Made by a program: the position numbers and the translations under genes
In this document: positions 1-13,338 of the stretch, one piece after another
Numbering within the stretch: the stretch's first letter is position 1
Layout: every line of letters begins with the position of its first letter
Assembly (NCBI RefSeq): GCF_009914755.1
Contig: NC_060927.1
Reading direction: 5' to 3' (one strand)
Length of the DNA stretch: 64,000 nt
Source of the DNA: the human T2T-CHM13v2.0 reference genome, Homo sapiens
Notes under the pieces: generated by a model
Databases searched by the model: none
Told to the model about the DNA's origin: nothing
What the model saw: the letters and a program-made list of their open reading frames with translations, nothing else

Positions 1-984
1 ACTCCTGCCACTCAAACAGCTCAGTCTGAAAGGTCCCATCACTGCATTACATGCTTGTTTTGTTCCTGAAGCTGATTTTGCCATTTTAAGCTCTTGAGCT
101 TTGCTTCTCTGCACTGAAGGCAGGAAGAGAATATAACCGAGGAAAGGTTGTACATTTCTTGTTCTATTATGTTACCTACCAAAATGGAAACTCTAAATCT
201 TAGCCTCAACAAACCTTTGGTTTATAGGAAGCACACTAGTTCTAAGAGATCCACTTCCTGAGTTATGCCTTTCAGAGACTGTAAGATATCAATTTTTAGG
301 TTAGCACAGGCTAAATATTTTAACTACCATTTTATTTCCATCCAGGCCAAGGGACAATTTAGGAAAGGTTCTATTCTGAGTACATAGCCAAGGAAGTGTG
401 GAAAGGCTGTTGATGCCATTGTTTAGAAGTTAGCCTGTCATTCATCATGATTGAAACATAACCCCAATGGCTTCCACAAGTGTAATAAAACGCTTTGCAA
501 AAGGTTGCAGAATTGCAGGATGTAATAAAATCTGCTTAGCTTCATTTCCAATGCCGCAGAGTTCTAGAGAACGAGACCCATTTCCTTATGCCTTGGGATT
601 TGTTCAAGTTACTTTCATGCCTGAAAATGACGGAACATAAAAACAGACATTTAGTTAGAATCAATAGTATCTTTTGAGTCATGGCAATAAATAAAATATA
701 AGTTTGTTTACTGCTAATCTTTTAGATTGCCATTAGCATTTTACAAGAGGCCCTGTTGATAGGGATGAATTATATAAAATAGATGGACTGCAGCCCTGCT
801 GATGCCTGCAGTCACTCTGGATTCTCACATTTCCTGTGGTCTCTGGCTACTGCCCTTGTCACCAGAGGTCAGTGGCATGGTCTCTTAAGAGTGTCTGTTA
901 TAGACACAAATCTTACCTAGAAACAAGCCAATTCAGGTCTGTATTAATTAGGTGAGGACAGGATCCCAAACAGCCATTGTCAGA

Positions 985-1120
985 ATTGCCTGCTGACCAC
1001 TTGTTAAAAACACAGATTTCTGGGCTCTGTCTCCTACATGATGACTTAGCAGGTCTGGATAAAGGCCCAGGAATCTGTGTTTCTTGGCAGGTTCTCCACA
1101 TCTGAGTTGTTCAACCCCTG
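985..1120. mobile_element. MER5A/MER5B-like hAT-Charlie MITE fragment
   Basis: Contains TTGTTAAAAACACAGATTTCTGGGCTC...AGGTCTGG...GGCCCAGGAATCTGTGTTT, resembling the MER5 core; boundaries approximate. Confidence 0.55.
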
Positions 1121-1592
1121 GATGTTGAGGTGCTGTGCAGGAGGCAGAATGAGCTTTGCTTCAAGGCCAAGACACCTTAAGGTCAAGTATCTTAGGCCAG
1201 GCCTAAAACAATTTCCACTCATAAAATGGGAACATAGGGAGAAAGTCCTTTAATCTTATTTGGCAAGAAAATGAGGAAATCCCTTGGTGGTATAGTGGTA
1301 TGGTGGCCCAGCTCCACATCCAGGAGAGCATGGGAATGCATCTCAGGGCTCTGCCCCCTCCACCCCCGTTGGAGCCTTAGCTTCCGGGCCTTAATCATTG
1401 GTATCAGTAAAATGAGTGTGGTGAGGAACTGGGCTAGCTGGGACTGCTAGTTTGGAGGACATTGAAAGCAGAGTATCATAGGAAAGAGAAAATTAAATAG
1501 GAGGGAAAAAAAATGAGGACTTCCTGGGTTATATTTTATAAAATTTGTGAAAGATTGCAAAAAGGGTGCTAGGAGATGTTTGGGGTAGCTCC

Positions 1593-2358
1593 TGAGGACT
1601 AAGCTCTGATTTTTTAAATCTTGCCCAAATTCCTCCTATCTAAGGGGTCTGGGGAGTCATGCCCTACAAACCACAAATTCTCATCAGATGGGTTTTATTT
1701 AATCCTATATATTATGACTTACTTTCCAGTATGACTCTGGCATAACATTATGTGATAAAGAAGAAAATCAAAATATTTTACCCCAAAACATGTTTCTTTG
1801 CCATATCTTGAAATGGCCCTGTAAGGCCGTCCTTTGTGGGGGGAAATGTGCATCTGTAAAGAATCTCTCTTAACGTAGCTAGATCTTTTTATTCCAAGCC
1901 CTCCCAATCCTGAGGAGATTAACTGAGAGTCTAGCATCTTTTAAAAGTCTGAATAGGAACATTTGTCATCTGTTCTAAGGGCAGCCACTATGAGACTGAG
2001 TCTCCACAATCTTTTATCTTCACCTGAACATTTCCTTTCTATTAATCCCAGGTCTTTAGACAAACTCAACCAGTTGTCAACCAGAAAATGTATAAATTTA
2101 CCTATAGCCTGGAAGCTTCCCTCCTCATCCCCCACACCAATTGTCCCGTCTTTTTGAACCAAATGAATGTATTTCTCGAATGTATTTTGATTGATGTCTC
2201 ATGCCTCCCTAAAATGTATACAACCAAGCTACACCCCAACCACCTTGGGCATATGTTCTCAGGGCCTCCTGAGGGCTGTGTCTTGGGCCATGGTCACTCA
2301 TGTCTGGCTCAGAATAAATCTTTTTTAATATTTTAGAGAGTTTGACTTTTTGTTAACA
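1593..2358 (+). mobile_element. Solo ERV1 LTR, MER4 group (MER4E/MER4D-like)
   Basis: Starts TGAGGACTAAGCTCTGATTTTT and ends ...GGCTCAGAATAAATC...TTTGACTTTTTGTTAACA. TG...CA termini, AATAAA near the 3' end, 4-bp flanks CTCC/CTAC (TSD, 1 mismatch), 766 bp. Confidence 0.85.
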
Positions 2359-3414
2359 CTACCGTGGGTGTGATACATGAGGAGATTTTTGAGAAACATT
2401 GCTGAGAAACACAAATGGACTTCTCCTACGTCGTTTTCAAGGGATTTCAGTGAAGATTTAAATGGCTTTTCACGTACTGTTTGCTGTTTGTAGCTTTGAG
2501 TGCAGTGCTACAGGCACAGACCTGGGAAGCTGAGCTGAGAAGACCCAGCTCCCTGCTCATTTCCATTCAGAACCCAAGGTGAGTCCATTCAACCCCACCT
2601 TGGTGAGGACACACCAGCACCCACTTCAGCCTGTGGTATATGGAGATTTTTCTGTGTCTAGTACTACACTTTTCTTACAAATTAGTAACAAAGTCAGAGG
2701 TCAAAAGGCAGGAGATCCCTTTGGAATTCTAGTTTATCCCTTCTGGGATCCAGAACACAGAGGCCGAATCACTTCTGCTTCTAACCTGCATCAGGAGGCC
2801 TCATATCTGAGCTCAGGATCCCTTCCCTGCGGGCCCACTGAGGTCTGTAAGTGAGGGCTGGAGAGTGGGGTATAGGTACCAGTCAGTTTGCTGCCCCGGA
2901 CAAGGGGATCTGTCTCATTCCTATATGGCGTTGGGATGATCCACTATTGTGCCAGCACCATCCACCTTGTCTGGAGATACAGGTCATCTTCTGATCATTT
3001 ATCATGGCCCTTGTCCTTGAATAATTATTGACTTTGAGTCAGAAGAACCTGCGCAGGCCTGAAAATGGATGTGCCCTTTCTTTTCCTCTGTCTCACTTGT
3101 CTTGGGCAGATTTATGTCTTAGGAGAAGTTTCCCTCGGTTCTATTTTTGGTCTTCTGAACACTGTGGCCCTGTGTTCCTTCCCACCCTGACTCTGTCCAG
3201 CACCAACTCTGTAATTTCTGAATCTCTGTGGATGCCTCTATCCGTCCCTGAGGAGGCCTCTATTAGTCTACTTGCAATGCTTCTGTGACTCCTCTGTCAC
3301 AGCTTTGGCCTGGCTTCTTAAAGCTCTGTCTTCAGCCGTTTCATTTCCCCAACTAGCCTGGAAGATTATGGGAAGCAGAGTCTGCCTTTCATTCTCAGGT
3401 ATACTGGGTGAGCA

Positions 3415-3615
3415 TGGCAGACTTTGAGGAGTGAAGGTTTGAGTCTGAAGTCCACTGCATCATTTACCAGCTGTGTGTCTCTAGGCAATGTGAACACACC
3501 TCGTGGGGGCTGTGGAGAGAACTAGGTGGGTTAATATACAGACAGCACTTAAGGCCCTGTCTAGCACATTATTATGCTCACTCAATGAGAGCCTCTGTTA
3601 TTATCATTATCATCA
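3415..3615 (+). mobile_element. MIR SINE
   Basis: GCAGACTTTG...TTTACCAGCTGTGTG...GGCAA 5' part and AGCACTTAAGG...TAGCACAT...GTTATTATCATTAT tail. Confidence 0.6.
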
Positions 3616-4870
3616 CTAATTCTTTGTGTTGCATTGCCAGCAAGACTCATGAGCGTCAAAGCAAGTGAAAAGTCGGTACTCAGTGACACTGTGGGATTCT
3701 ACCTCATTACTGGAAAGGGTGCATCTGGGCAGTGCATGTGTCTTCCCATCTTCTAGTTGGATTCCTCTCACAATGTGTCCCTCTTCATATAGCTAGTTTC
3801 CTTCCATATTGCCTTTAGAATAGACAGTGGTGCTGTTCAGTGTTATCTGGGCATAGCAACAAAAGGATTTACTGAAATGCAATTAAGCCTCTGAGGAGGT
3901 ACAAAAAGGGCCCTGAAAACAGGTGAATGGCTATTTCCTCAAGGTGCTTCCAACCCATTTTGGGAAATACTTCACACAGAGTGAAGCAAGGTGGTAGATA
4001 ACTAGGGGTCAGGTGAGCAGTCTAGAATATGTGGGCTTCTGGAGTTCAGGGGACAAAGAGGGCAGGAGCCCAGAATGCCAAAAGTTTGATCTCTATGAAC
4101 ATGTATGCTTTTCAATTTTCAATTATTTCTAAGTTCCTAATCAACATAGTAGCAGATTACCTGCCCCTTACCTCCAGCCCTAAAAGCATGCTTGAGAAAT
4201 AGTAGGTAGCGAGTACTGTGAAACTCATTATAAGGGGTTTGTTTTGTAGAGTGGTGAATGACGGCAGAAGGGGAGCTCTGTTGCTGTGGACAGTAGAGGA
4301 GATTTTTGGAGACGGCAGCTTTGAATTTGGAAGAAAAATGAAAATGTCTGTTAGAGGAACTTGAGGTTTTGTGTAAGATTTGCTGAGGGTTGTGGGCTGT
4401 AACTTTCTCATCCATCTCTGCCTGAAACCTACAGGAAAGTCTTTGAGGTTGGCTAGTGTTTTATTGTATGACTTAGTGGGCACAGAGTGAAAGCAGAAGT
4501 ATCAAAGGGGTCCCAGCTTGCGTCCGAAGTGAACCACCCTGACTTCTCCTTGAACGTGTGGGTGTCATCAGGCCCAGTCTTGTCTTTCCCCACCACCTCT
4601 GTGTGCATTCAAGGCAACACTCACCTTTTTACCAAGCGTGTAGGTGAAGAAGGCTCCCACCTGTTACTCCTTTCCCCTAGACTTTCACAGACCTAGAGGA
4701 AGACAGCCTCTTCTGCTTTGAAGCTAAGAAAATAGATGAATGTCTGTGTCTTCTGTGGGTGAACCTGGATGGGAGCTGCCTATAGTCAATCTAACTTGTT
4801 AGGGTGAAAAAGGAAGGGTTGACACCACAAAAACTCAGCAGGCCTCCGCCTTCCTCTTGTTTCTTTAAGG

Positions 4871-4995
4871 TAGTGTTGCTCAACTTGGCTGCTCATTGGA
4901 ATCACCTGGGAAGGTAAAAAAACCAAAATGCTATGCTGCCATCCTGCCCCCAGAGCTTCTCAGCTAACTGGTCTGGAGCGTGGCCTGCGCCTCTG
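4871..4995. mobile_element. MER5A fragment
   Basis: TAGTGTTGCTCAACTTGGCTGCTCATTGGAATCACCTGGGAAG...CCCCAGAG...TGGTCTGGAG matches the MER5A terminal half. Confidence 0.6.
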
Positions 4996-7834
4996 GAGGG
5001 GAATCATTGACTGTGAGGGTGATGAGCTGCAAGCCTGCCTCCACTTTGACTCTGGTACAAAATATGCTCCCAATACATTGCCCCAAGTGCGCCGAAGCAA
5101 TTCAGATGCAGTAGGTTTCAGTTGCAAATATTCAACTTGACTAAGGTTGTCTGTTTTTAGTACTCATAGCAGAACCATGTGAATAGGACAGTTGTCCTTT
5201 GAGGATGTTGCTCCTTGCCCACGAGGATTAATAAAATGGCCTGCTTTGATTCTATGCAAGGATTGACACAGACATGGTTTTAAAATGAAGTAACCACACT
5301 TACCAATAAATCAGTCTGGAGACACAAACATAAAACTCCTCTTTAACAACTCTCTTCTTTTAAAGTACCTGTTGTTCATTCCTAGCAGGCTAGAGATACA
5401 GGCTGAGGCAGCCACAGAAAGTCATTCTGCTCACACCAAAAACAAGGTGAGCAATTTTCCAAGGGCAGGCACCCCTGACCTCTGCTTTTCAGCTTTTTCT
5501 TAATAAACTGGTCTCAGAAATTGGACCACAGAAGCTGCTGGCGGCAATCTCTTCTAGTAAGTGGGTAAAGGGAAGCTGAGGGAGAAATGGCAAGGATCAG
5601 AGAGCCACTCTGATGAGTATCTCTGAGGTGATGCAATTATACTTCCATCTAGAGATAGGAAGGGGTTACCCCCAAGTGCAGCAGCCCCAAACCCAGCAGT
5701 GTGAAGTTGGACTTAGGAGAACAGAGCGACTGCCCAGTGAGCTTTGTAACTCAAAACTATTCCTCCATGGCACGTTGTACATGTTCATGAATAACACAAC
5801 TTCCTGCAGCGAGAAAGTGTGAATTCCTGTTAAGCAGGGTCTGTTTTCCAATCCACTGTGCTTGCCTCCTTGAGGGCACAGAATGGATAAAACAGCCCCA
5901 CACACCATGTGGCCAGTCCCCTCAAGAGGAGAGGTGCAGACAGACATCTGTTTTGCAGTGAGGTGGAGGTTCACTGGTAACTGTGGTTTATAGAGCGACC
6001 ACAGACTCAGCCTTGTCAGTTTTCCCTTTGAAGGGATAAACTCAACATGAAGAACAGCAAACGCAAGAAAGATGATCCCAAAGCTTGTGCTTGGGAGTGA
6101 GTGACCGCAGCCTGCAGGGCTTACCATCTCCTGGCAAATGAAACTGCTTATACTTAGGTGCAGAACCAGGCAAATCCACCCTTAGAAAACTTCCACTACC
6201 ACTGGGGCATTCCTTTGCTGCCCACTTGAAGCCAGCAAGGCTTCTGTCTTCTGTGTTTGCTCCATTTACATCCACTTCCCCGTGCCTGTGCATAGCCAGG
6301 ACGCCCCTCTCAACAACTTTCTCCTCCCGATGGGGCTTATGAAAGACGGGCTTTATTTGTCTTAAAATCTTCAGCTGATATTGCTCTTCTCTACAACACA
6401 GTTGAAATGAAAAAGGATTACTTTATATTTACTTGCATTTTTCGTGAGAAAAACTAATTTTGAGAAAGAAAGTCCCTACAGTGTGAAACAGTTTCCCTTC
6501 CTTCAAACCCTCTGAAGAGGCAAAGGCAAACCTAAAAGGCATACATGCTTTGTCATTGACTTTCTCTGACAGCTGCTTCTTATCATGTTTTTGAGGGTGA
6601 CCTTCGTCCAGCATATTCCTTAGCTGTAAGTTGCACTCTCCTTTTATAATCGAATTTAGAGCCAAGCATGGACCAGGCTACCTTTGATAATTAATGGCTC
6701 TGTGAGTTTGCTGAGCGTGTTATTTAATTAATGGCGCTTGTGTTTGGAGTGTGTACAACTCTGTAGCTGAATAAAAGGCTTATTTGCTGAATTATTACAG
6801 ACATATACCCAAGGATTGTCACACTGAGAATTTGTCGGGGTTCGACACATTTAACAGCCTAATGGGGTTATTTTTTTTCTTTTCCACCATTTAAAGGTAC
6901 TGAATGGGTATAACTCTGTTCTTTTGCCTTTTATATAAGCTCATACTACCATCTGAGAAAATCTGTAGGCTAATGGATAAAAGTCTATTACCTGGAGCAG
7001 GACCTTTGAGAAAAACAAAAAGATGAAACCTTTAATACTATATTTTGAGTATGAAATTGATGTTCAAATAAGTTATAGTCTACTTCAGTTCCTCATAAAT
7101 AGGTTAACTTGAATTATGTTCAAGTTCTACTTGGGATCAAAAGATCACGGGTTGAAACCTGGCAAGAAAACACGGTTGAAAGCTAGTAAGAACACAGAGT
7201 ATCTCACGTGACCTTGCTTTTCCTGAGACTCCAGTCCCAGAATAAAATGCGTATTGCGGCAAGACAGATATGCACATATACAAATGCCTTCTAAATATCC
7301 TGTATGGAAGCATCAACAGGTGAATCTCTATGGACTCATCTCTATGTGTTCAGTAAGAGACTGAAAATATAAAAGGTCTGGTTTTAAGCTGTGTCGTTTC
7401 TAGGCTTTGTCATTCTGTGTGTCTGGGCAAGTTTTATACCCTCTCTGGGCTATAGTTTGTTTCTTTGCAAAGCAATAGGTTGAACCATGTGCTCTTTAAA
7501 CTCCTTTCCAACCCAAAGAGACTCAAAGTCTCTAATTTTTCCAAAGAGGGATACAAAGTCCACTATCCCAGTGATAGAAGAGTTAGTTGATTGCTTACTT
7601 TGGCGACCTGAGGTTCATTTTTTCCCAGAAGGGACCTTTGAGTATGGGAAAAGCCATATCCATATGCCCTGCAAGAGGGCTAGGAGGCTAGTCCATTCTC
7701 TAAAGCCCAGCCGTATGGTCCAGGAGACAAGAACTACAGCCAGGGACCTGCTTTCTTCCATCCCACTGGAGACCCCCACTGACGGAAAACACTGGTTAAA
7801 GCATAGAAGGAAAAAAAAGCACTATTGTAGACTG

Positions 7835-8060
7835 GGTACTTAAGGAAGGCCTTTCTGAGCAGGTGACATTTCAGTCAAATCCTGAATGGAAGAAGGAAAG
7901 AAGGGAGGACGCTCCAGGCATCAGGGGACTAGAAGTGCAAGGGCCCTGAGATGGGCCTAGTTTGACATTCTTCAGTAACATCAAGGTAGCGGGAAGGCTG
8001 GAACTGAGAGCCTGAAGGGTTGCCATAGGAGATGAGACTGGGCTTGATTCTAAGTCCTTT
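7835..8060 (-). mobile_element. L2 LINE fragment
   Basis: AGGAAGGCCTTTCTGAGCAGGTGACATTT...AAGTGCAAGGGCCCTGAG is the reverse complement of the L2 3' region. Confidence 0.65.
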
Positions 8061-10127
8061 ACTGTGCTGTGCAAGGCCTCATGTAATCAGGCCCTGGCTG
8101 ACTCTCCAAAGTGTAGAAGAGAAGCATGATCTGGCTTCCATTCAAAAGGATTGTGATTTTAACCCATTTTCTATTTTAATGTGTTCATTCTCTTGTATGA
8201 CCTTGGGTGAGTTTGAGGGTATAGATACATATTTTAAGAGTCACAGTCAACAGCTGATGTATAATATTCTATATAAGTTATATTTTTAACTGCAATATCA
8301 TAAAGTCTTGCCCAGAACCAAGAGTTACTAGGTTTTGCTGAAAATGTTTTTCTTTTACATTGTTGTACTACTTTTACTTTCCATTGAGTCTTTTTCTTCA
8401 AAACGATTAAAGAAATTAAAACTAACCACATACAAGATCTCCCACTTTAAAATTTAAAAAGTGCCCTGATAGATAGATTTTTTGAGAGGAGAGTAATAGA
8501 ACAAAACTTTGATAGGGGTATCCAAGAGAAATGCTGATTCACCACATTAGGTATATTTCTTTTTCCAAACTCATGACTCCAGAATCTGCAGGAACCACAA
8601 GAGATTGGATGAGAAGCTGGGGGCAGAGTTCTAACAGCAGCCCAAGCCTCCACAGTGCCAAGATGGGCCATCTGCCTGTGAGAAGGGAAAGCTTCCACTT
8701 CTCTTAGCAATGACTCTGGCTTATTTCTAATTTAGCAGAAAAAAAAAAATGATTCAAGCAATATCATGTGCTTCTATATCTTCAAAGCAATACCACACCA
8801 TCAATTAGCAGCTCAGCGTACCAACAGTTCTAAACTTTTTGCGAGCTTCTTGGAAACAAGATGTGGAGCTTCAGCAGAAGAAAATTGGTAAGAACATCTA
8901 ATTACATTAAAAGTCATTTTTGCCTGTCTTAAAGGAATGAAAATGATCTGCCGGTTTTTATAGACCTTCTTGACCCAAAGATATCTGCTGGCAGAAAGAG
9001 AATCCTCAATTGGGTTCTTTTAATGCTTTAATTATTACATGATCTATCATCTTACGCACTGACTTGTACACTTTGAAAAATCTTTTAAATACGGATTAAA
9101 ATTGATTGGCTAATCCCAGACCTTAGGGTGGAGCTTGGAGGGCATGTAATTGTGTGTGTGGGCTCAGGGGGTTAGACAGGAATGACACAGAGTCAACTAC
9201 TTCATAGTGGGATAAGGTGAGAAATCAATTTGGTCACAGGTACAGTTGACATTGTACTGCCAACTTGCACAGAACTCAGTCACACGCCCACTTGTTCTTG
9301 AATCAGTATGATTGCTTCAACTTCACCATCGGCTCCTACAAGGCAGGGATGAACTTCACCTAGTGTGCCTACAGTGTTTGGCATCTCCTGCCTTAAACTT
9401 CTCCAAATGATGAGCAAGATGACTTATAGGAACTTCAAATCTACCTCACCCCAGTCAAGGGCTTCTCTCTATGTTCATAGACTAAATGGTAGGGAAGAAT
9501 TCTGATTGGATGAGCTGGAGTCACATGCCCAGAACTGTAGGTTTTGGATGGGATTGACAGCTCCAAATTCAAATGTCTACTACACTCCATCCTGTACTCT
9601 GCTTGGATCTCTCGACAATTTTTCAAATGTTTTGGAATCTAAGAGCTAACTGCAAACTCTTGGTGGAAAGCCCTATCTCTAGAGCATGTGCTCACTGAAA
9701 GGTCTTGCATGAAGCCCTTGAGAGTCCTCACTGATCCCAAGAGTGCAGTATCTAATGCGTTACAGTCCAAGGTTGATTAGCCGTGATTCACTCCTGCTCA
9801 TGGAATGCAGTTTCAGCTTTCAGACACATACTCAGTCTGTAACTGTTGCTGCATAAGGAAACAAGGGATAGCTCTGTTTCCTAAAGGGTTAGGAATAAGG
9901 ACTAGGCACTACCCAGCTCTCATAACCACTTCTAGCAGGTGGTTGTGACAGCTGGATAAAGTGATCCAAAGCACAAGAATCATCAAATGCTGGCTCTTTT
10001 CCTGAAGTTAGTGCAGAAGCTAGAGTAAGGTATACCTTGCACCCCAGCTGCAATGGACAATTCTTGCCTTTGGTTAGCTAGAGCTTATGTGAGGGATGAT
10101 GTTTCTAAACAGAGAGCCACCATTTTT

Positions 10128-10380
10128 AGTGAAAAGGTAAGTGTGGGCTCCAGAGGCAGACTGCCTGGACTTGAACCCTGACTCACAAAGTATAACCTGA
10201 GAGACCTTGGGGCAGGCAAGTCACACAGCTGCTGTAAGCCTCAATTTTCACATCTGAAAACCAGGGCAATACTGGAGGGTTGTTGTGGGGTTTAATTGAG
10301 TAAAGTCTGTAAAGTGCTTGGTATAACTTGCCCATGGTAAGCTCGTCAAAAGTGGTTTTATTAAGAATTATTAATAATAT
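10128..10380 (+). mobile_element. MIR (MIRb-like), near full length
   Basis: GGCAGACTGCCTGGACTTGAACCCTGACTC...GGCAAGTCAC...AAGCCTCAATTTTCACATCTGAAAA core...GTAAAGTGCTT. Confidence 0.75.
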
Positions 10381-10600
10381 AGCCTCTTCTCTGTGGTGAT
10401 CTCCATTGCTCACTTCCTGAAATAACGATTTGTTTGGCCAGAGTGGCCTCTTCAAGTCAGGGAGGATGGTCAGGAAGAGGAGTGCCACCTCCCTGATGTA
10501 CTGGTAGTGTGTCTGTAAAGATTATACACAGCAATTACTCTTTTTTTGTTTAAGCCTGTTATGAAATACTTGAATATTCAGCCAGCAACAACATGTCAAT

Positions 10601-10637
10601 CTCTTTCTTTTCTTCCTTTTTTTTTTTTTTTTTTTTT
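10601..10637. repeat. Pyrimidine/poly(T) tract
   Basis: CTCTTTCTTTTCTTCC followed by a T run of about 21; lies next to the 3' end of the antisense L1. Confidence 0.9.
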
Positions 10638-12176
10638 GCCTAACTGAAAAATTTTCATTTATCTGATGTGCTAGTCCTTTTGATGGTGAAATATAACACA
10701 CATACAGAAACATGCAGGAAATATGTACATGGCTTACAGAATTAATATAAAGCCAACACATGTCTTGCCAACACCCATGGCGAGGAACAGAACATCGCCA
10801 ACCCTTCCACTTTCCCACCCCACTCACTCCACGTTCCCTTTCCAAATCACGGTTCCCTTCTTTCTTCCCCCGCAAAGGTAACCACGGGCCTGACTTTCAT
10901 GGTGAGTGCTTCCTTGCTTTCCTTATAATTTTACCTTCTAAATGAATGTATCTCTAAGCACTGTAATTGAATTTTGCCTGTTTTTGAACTTTATGTAAAT
11001 GAAATCACACAGTATGTGTTCTTTTGGGTGTTTCTATTGTTCCATATTCTTGCAAACACTTGATATTGTCAGTCCTTTTACATTGTGACTATTCTCGTGG
11101 GTGTGTAGTGGTACTTTACTGTGTTTTAAGCTTATATTTATTTCCCTGATGACTAAAGATTATTGGCCATTTCAATATCCATTTTTTTGTGAAGTGCCTG
11201 TTCAAGTCATTGTGTATTTTCTATCGGGCTGCTGACTTCTTATTAAATATAATGTGTTTTTCTTTGCTTCCTTTTTCATTTTATATTGTCTTCTGGACAC
11301 TAGTCCTTTGTTGATTATATATGTGGCAAGTACTTTCCCCTCCACCGCAGCTTGTCTCCTCTCTCTCTCAATGGTGTATTTTGACAAACAGAAGTTCTTA
11401 ATTTGAATGTAGTCCAATATATCAATCTTTTTTTTCAGTAGTGCCTTTTGTGTCCTGTTGCAAAAGTCTTTCCCTATAGCAAGATTATGAAGATATCCTC
11501 TTATAATATCTTCAAAGCCTTTAAAATTTTACACTTCATGCTTTGAACTACAATCTACCTGGAACTCTCTTTTGCATGTGGTGTGAGGTAGGGTTTCTTT
11601 TCATTAGTTTTCTACATGGGTATCCAATTTTCCAAGAACTATCTATTGAAAAAAATCTTCCTTTTCTCATGGCTCTGTAGTGTCATTTTTATCATAAATC
11701 AAGTGTTCATATATGCCTGGATTTGCTTCTATGTCCTCTGTTTTGTTCTATCAGTCTATTTATCTTTGTACCAATACCATGCTCTCTTAACTCTTATAGC
11801 CTTGTAATAAGTCTTGATATCCTGTAGAGTGAGCCCCTCCAATCCTTCTAATCTTGTTTTTTCTAAGTCTCTGGCTACATTTCCATACGCATTTTAGAAT
11901 CAACTTGTCGATTTTTACCAAAACCTATGGGAATTTGGAACTGAGTTGCTGTGGGTTTATAGTCAACTTGAGGAAAATTCAATCTTTATATTAATAAAAT
12001 TGAGTCATTTACTTCTCCATTTATTTAATTTCTCTTTAATGACTTAATATTTTACATTTTTTGTCTATAAGCTTACATACCTGTAATTATTCCTAGGTAT
12101 CTGATTTTTGATGTTAAAAGCAAACTTTAAAACTTTTCATTTTCTAACCATTGTAGCTGATACAGAGAAATTTAAA

Positions 12177-12182
<6 letters not shown>

Positions 12183-12220
<38 letters not shown>
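12183..12220. repeat. (CA)n microsatellite, ~19 units
   Basis: Perfect AC repeat inside the L1. Confidence 0.97.
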
Positions 12221-12222
<2 letters not shown>

Positions 12223-13338
12223 CTTAGATTCAGAGGCCTTGCTAAGTTTACTGATTAATTCTACTTGTTTCTCTATAGATTCTTTTGGGTTTTCTGCATA
12301 TATCATATTGTCTACAAATAATGACAGTTTTATTCCTTTATTTCTAATCCTTCTACACCTTTTGTTTATTGTTCTCACCTTTCTACACTAGCTAGGACTT
12401 CAAGGACATTGTGAAATAGAAGCGTTAATAGTGAATATCTTATCTCATTTACAATCTCAGATGCATAGTGTTCATTTCATTCCTAAGTATAAAGTCCCTT
12501 CCACTTGTAGCTTTCCTAGACCTTTTGAATTTAAGTTAGATGTGTAATTTGATCAATAATTTTATTTGCATCTACTAAGACGATCCTATCATTTTCTCCT
12601 TTATTAACCCAGGGAAAGACATCATTTGAAAGTCTAATGTGAAAACAAAGTTGTATTAGTCATGATGTCTTATCCTTTTCCCAAATCGTATATGTGCGTG
12701 CATGTACAATCTGTCTGTCATCTGTCTGATATCTCTTAGAATTTTGACATTTGTGTTTCCAAGTGCAATTAGTCTATAGATTTCCATTCTGTAATGTTCT
12801 TGCAATGTTCATTTGTAACATAAATCATACAACAAACTGGACAATTAAAGAGTTTCTTTTCCCCCCCCTTCTCTTTGGCAGAATTTGAATGAGATTCTTA
12901 TTTGTTTCTCAAGTACGTGGTAGAATTCACCAGTAAAGCTATCTGGGCCTGAAAATTTCTTTGTGGGAAGGATTTTATTTCAGACTCAGTTTTCTTTAAT
13001 TAGAATCCAATTTTATTCATATTTTCTTTTTCACCTTGTGTCAGTTTGTGCTAGTTGTATTTTTGAGAAGCTTGTCTATTTAATTCAAATTTTCAAATGT
13101 ATTGCTCTAACATTCCTTTTTAATGACTATAGTGTCTATACAGAAGTTTGCCTTTTTCTTTTTAACATGGGTTTTTGTTTCTTCACTCTTTTCAAAGACC
13201 CTACATTTGGCTTCATTGATCCTTTCAACTGCATTTGTGTTTTCTATTTTATTACATTATGATTTATTGTTATTTCCTCCCTCTTAATTTTGTGGTTCTC
13301 TTTTTAACTTCTCCAGAAAGATGTTTAGCACATTAACT

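Noticed and set aside
912-940. Minus-strand TTGTTTCTAG|GTAAGA as a recursive splice site
   Set aside because: The pyrimidine tract is short and interrupted; much weaker than the 29406 site and expected by chance.
5666-6127. Longest ORF (153 aa, minus strand)
   Set aside because: No recognisable domain, and its composition is typical of non-coding translation.
11202-12378. Reverse-transcriptase-like ORFs as an active retroelement
   Set aside because: Fragmented L1 ORF2 with stops, frameshifts, a mutated catalytic motif (FVDN) and nested insertions.
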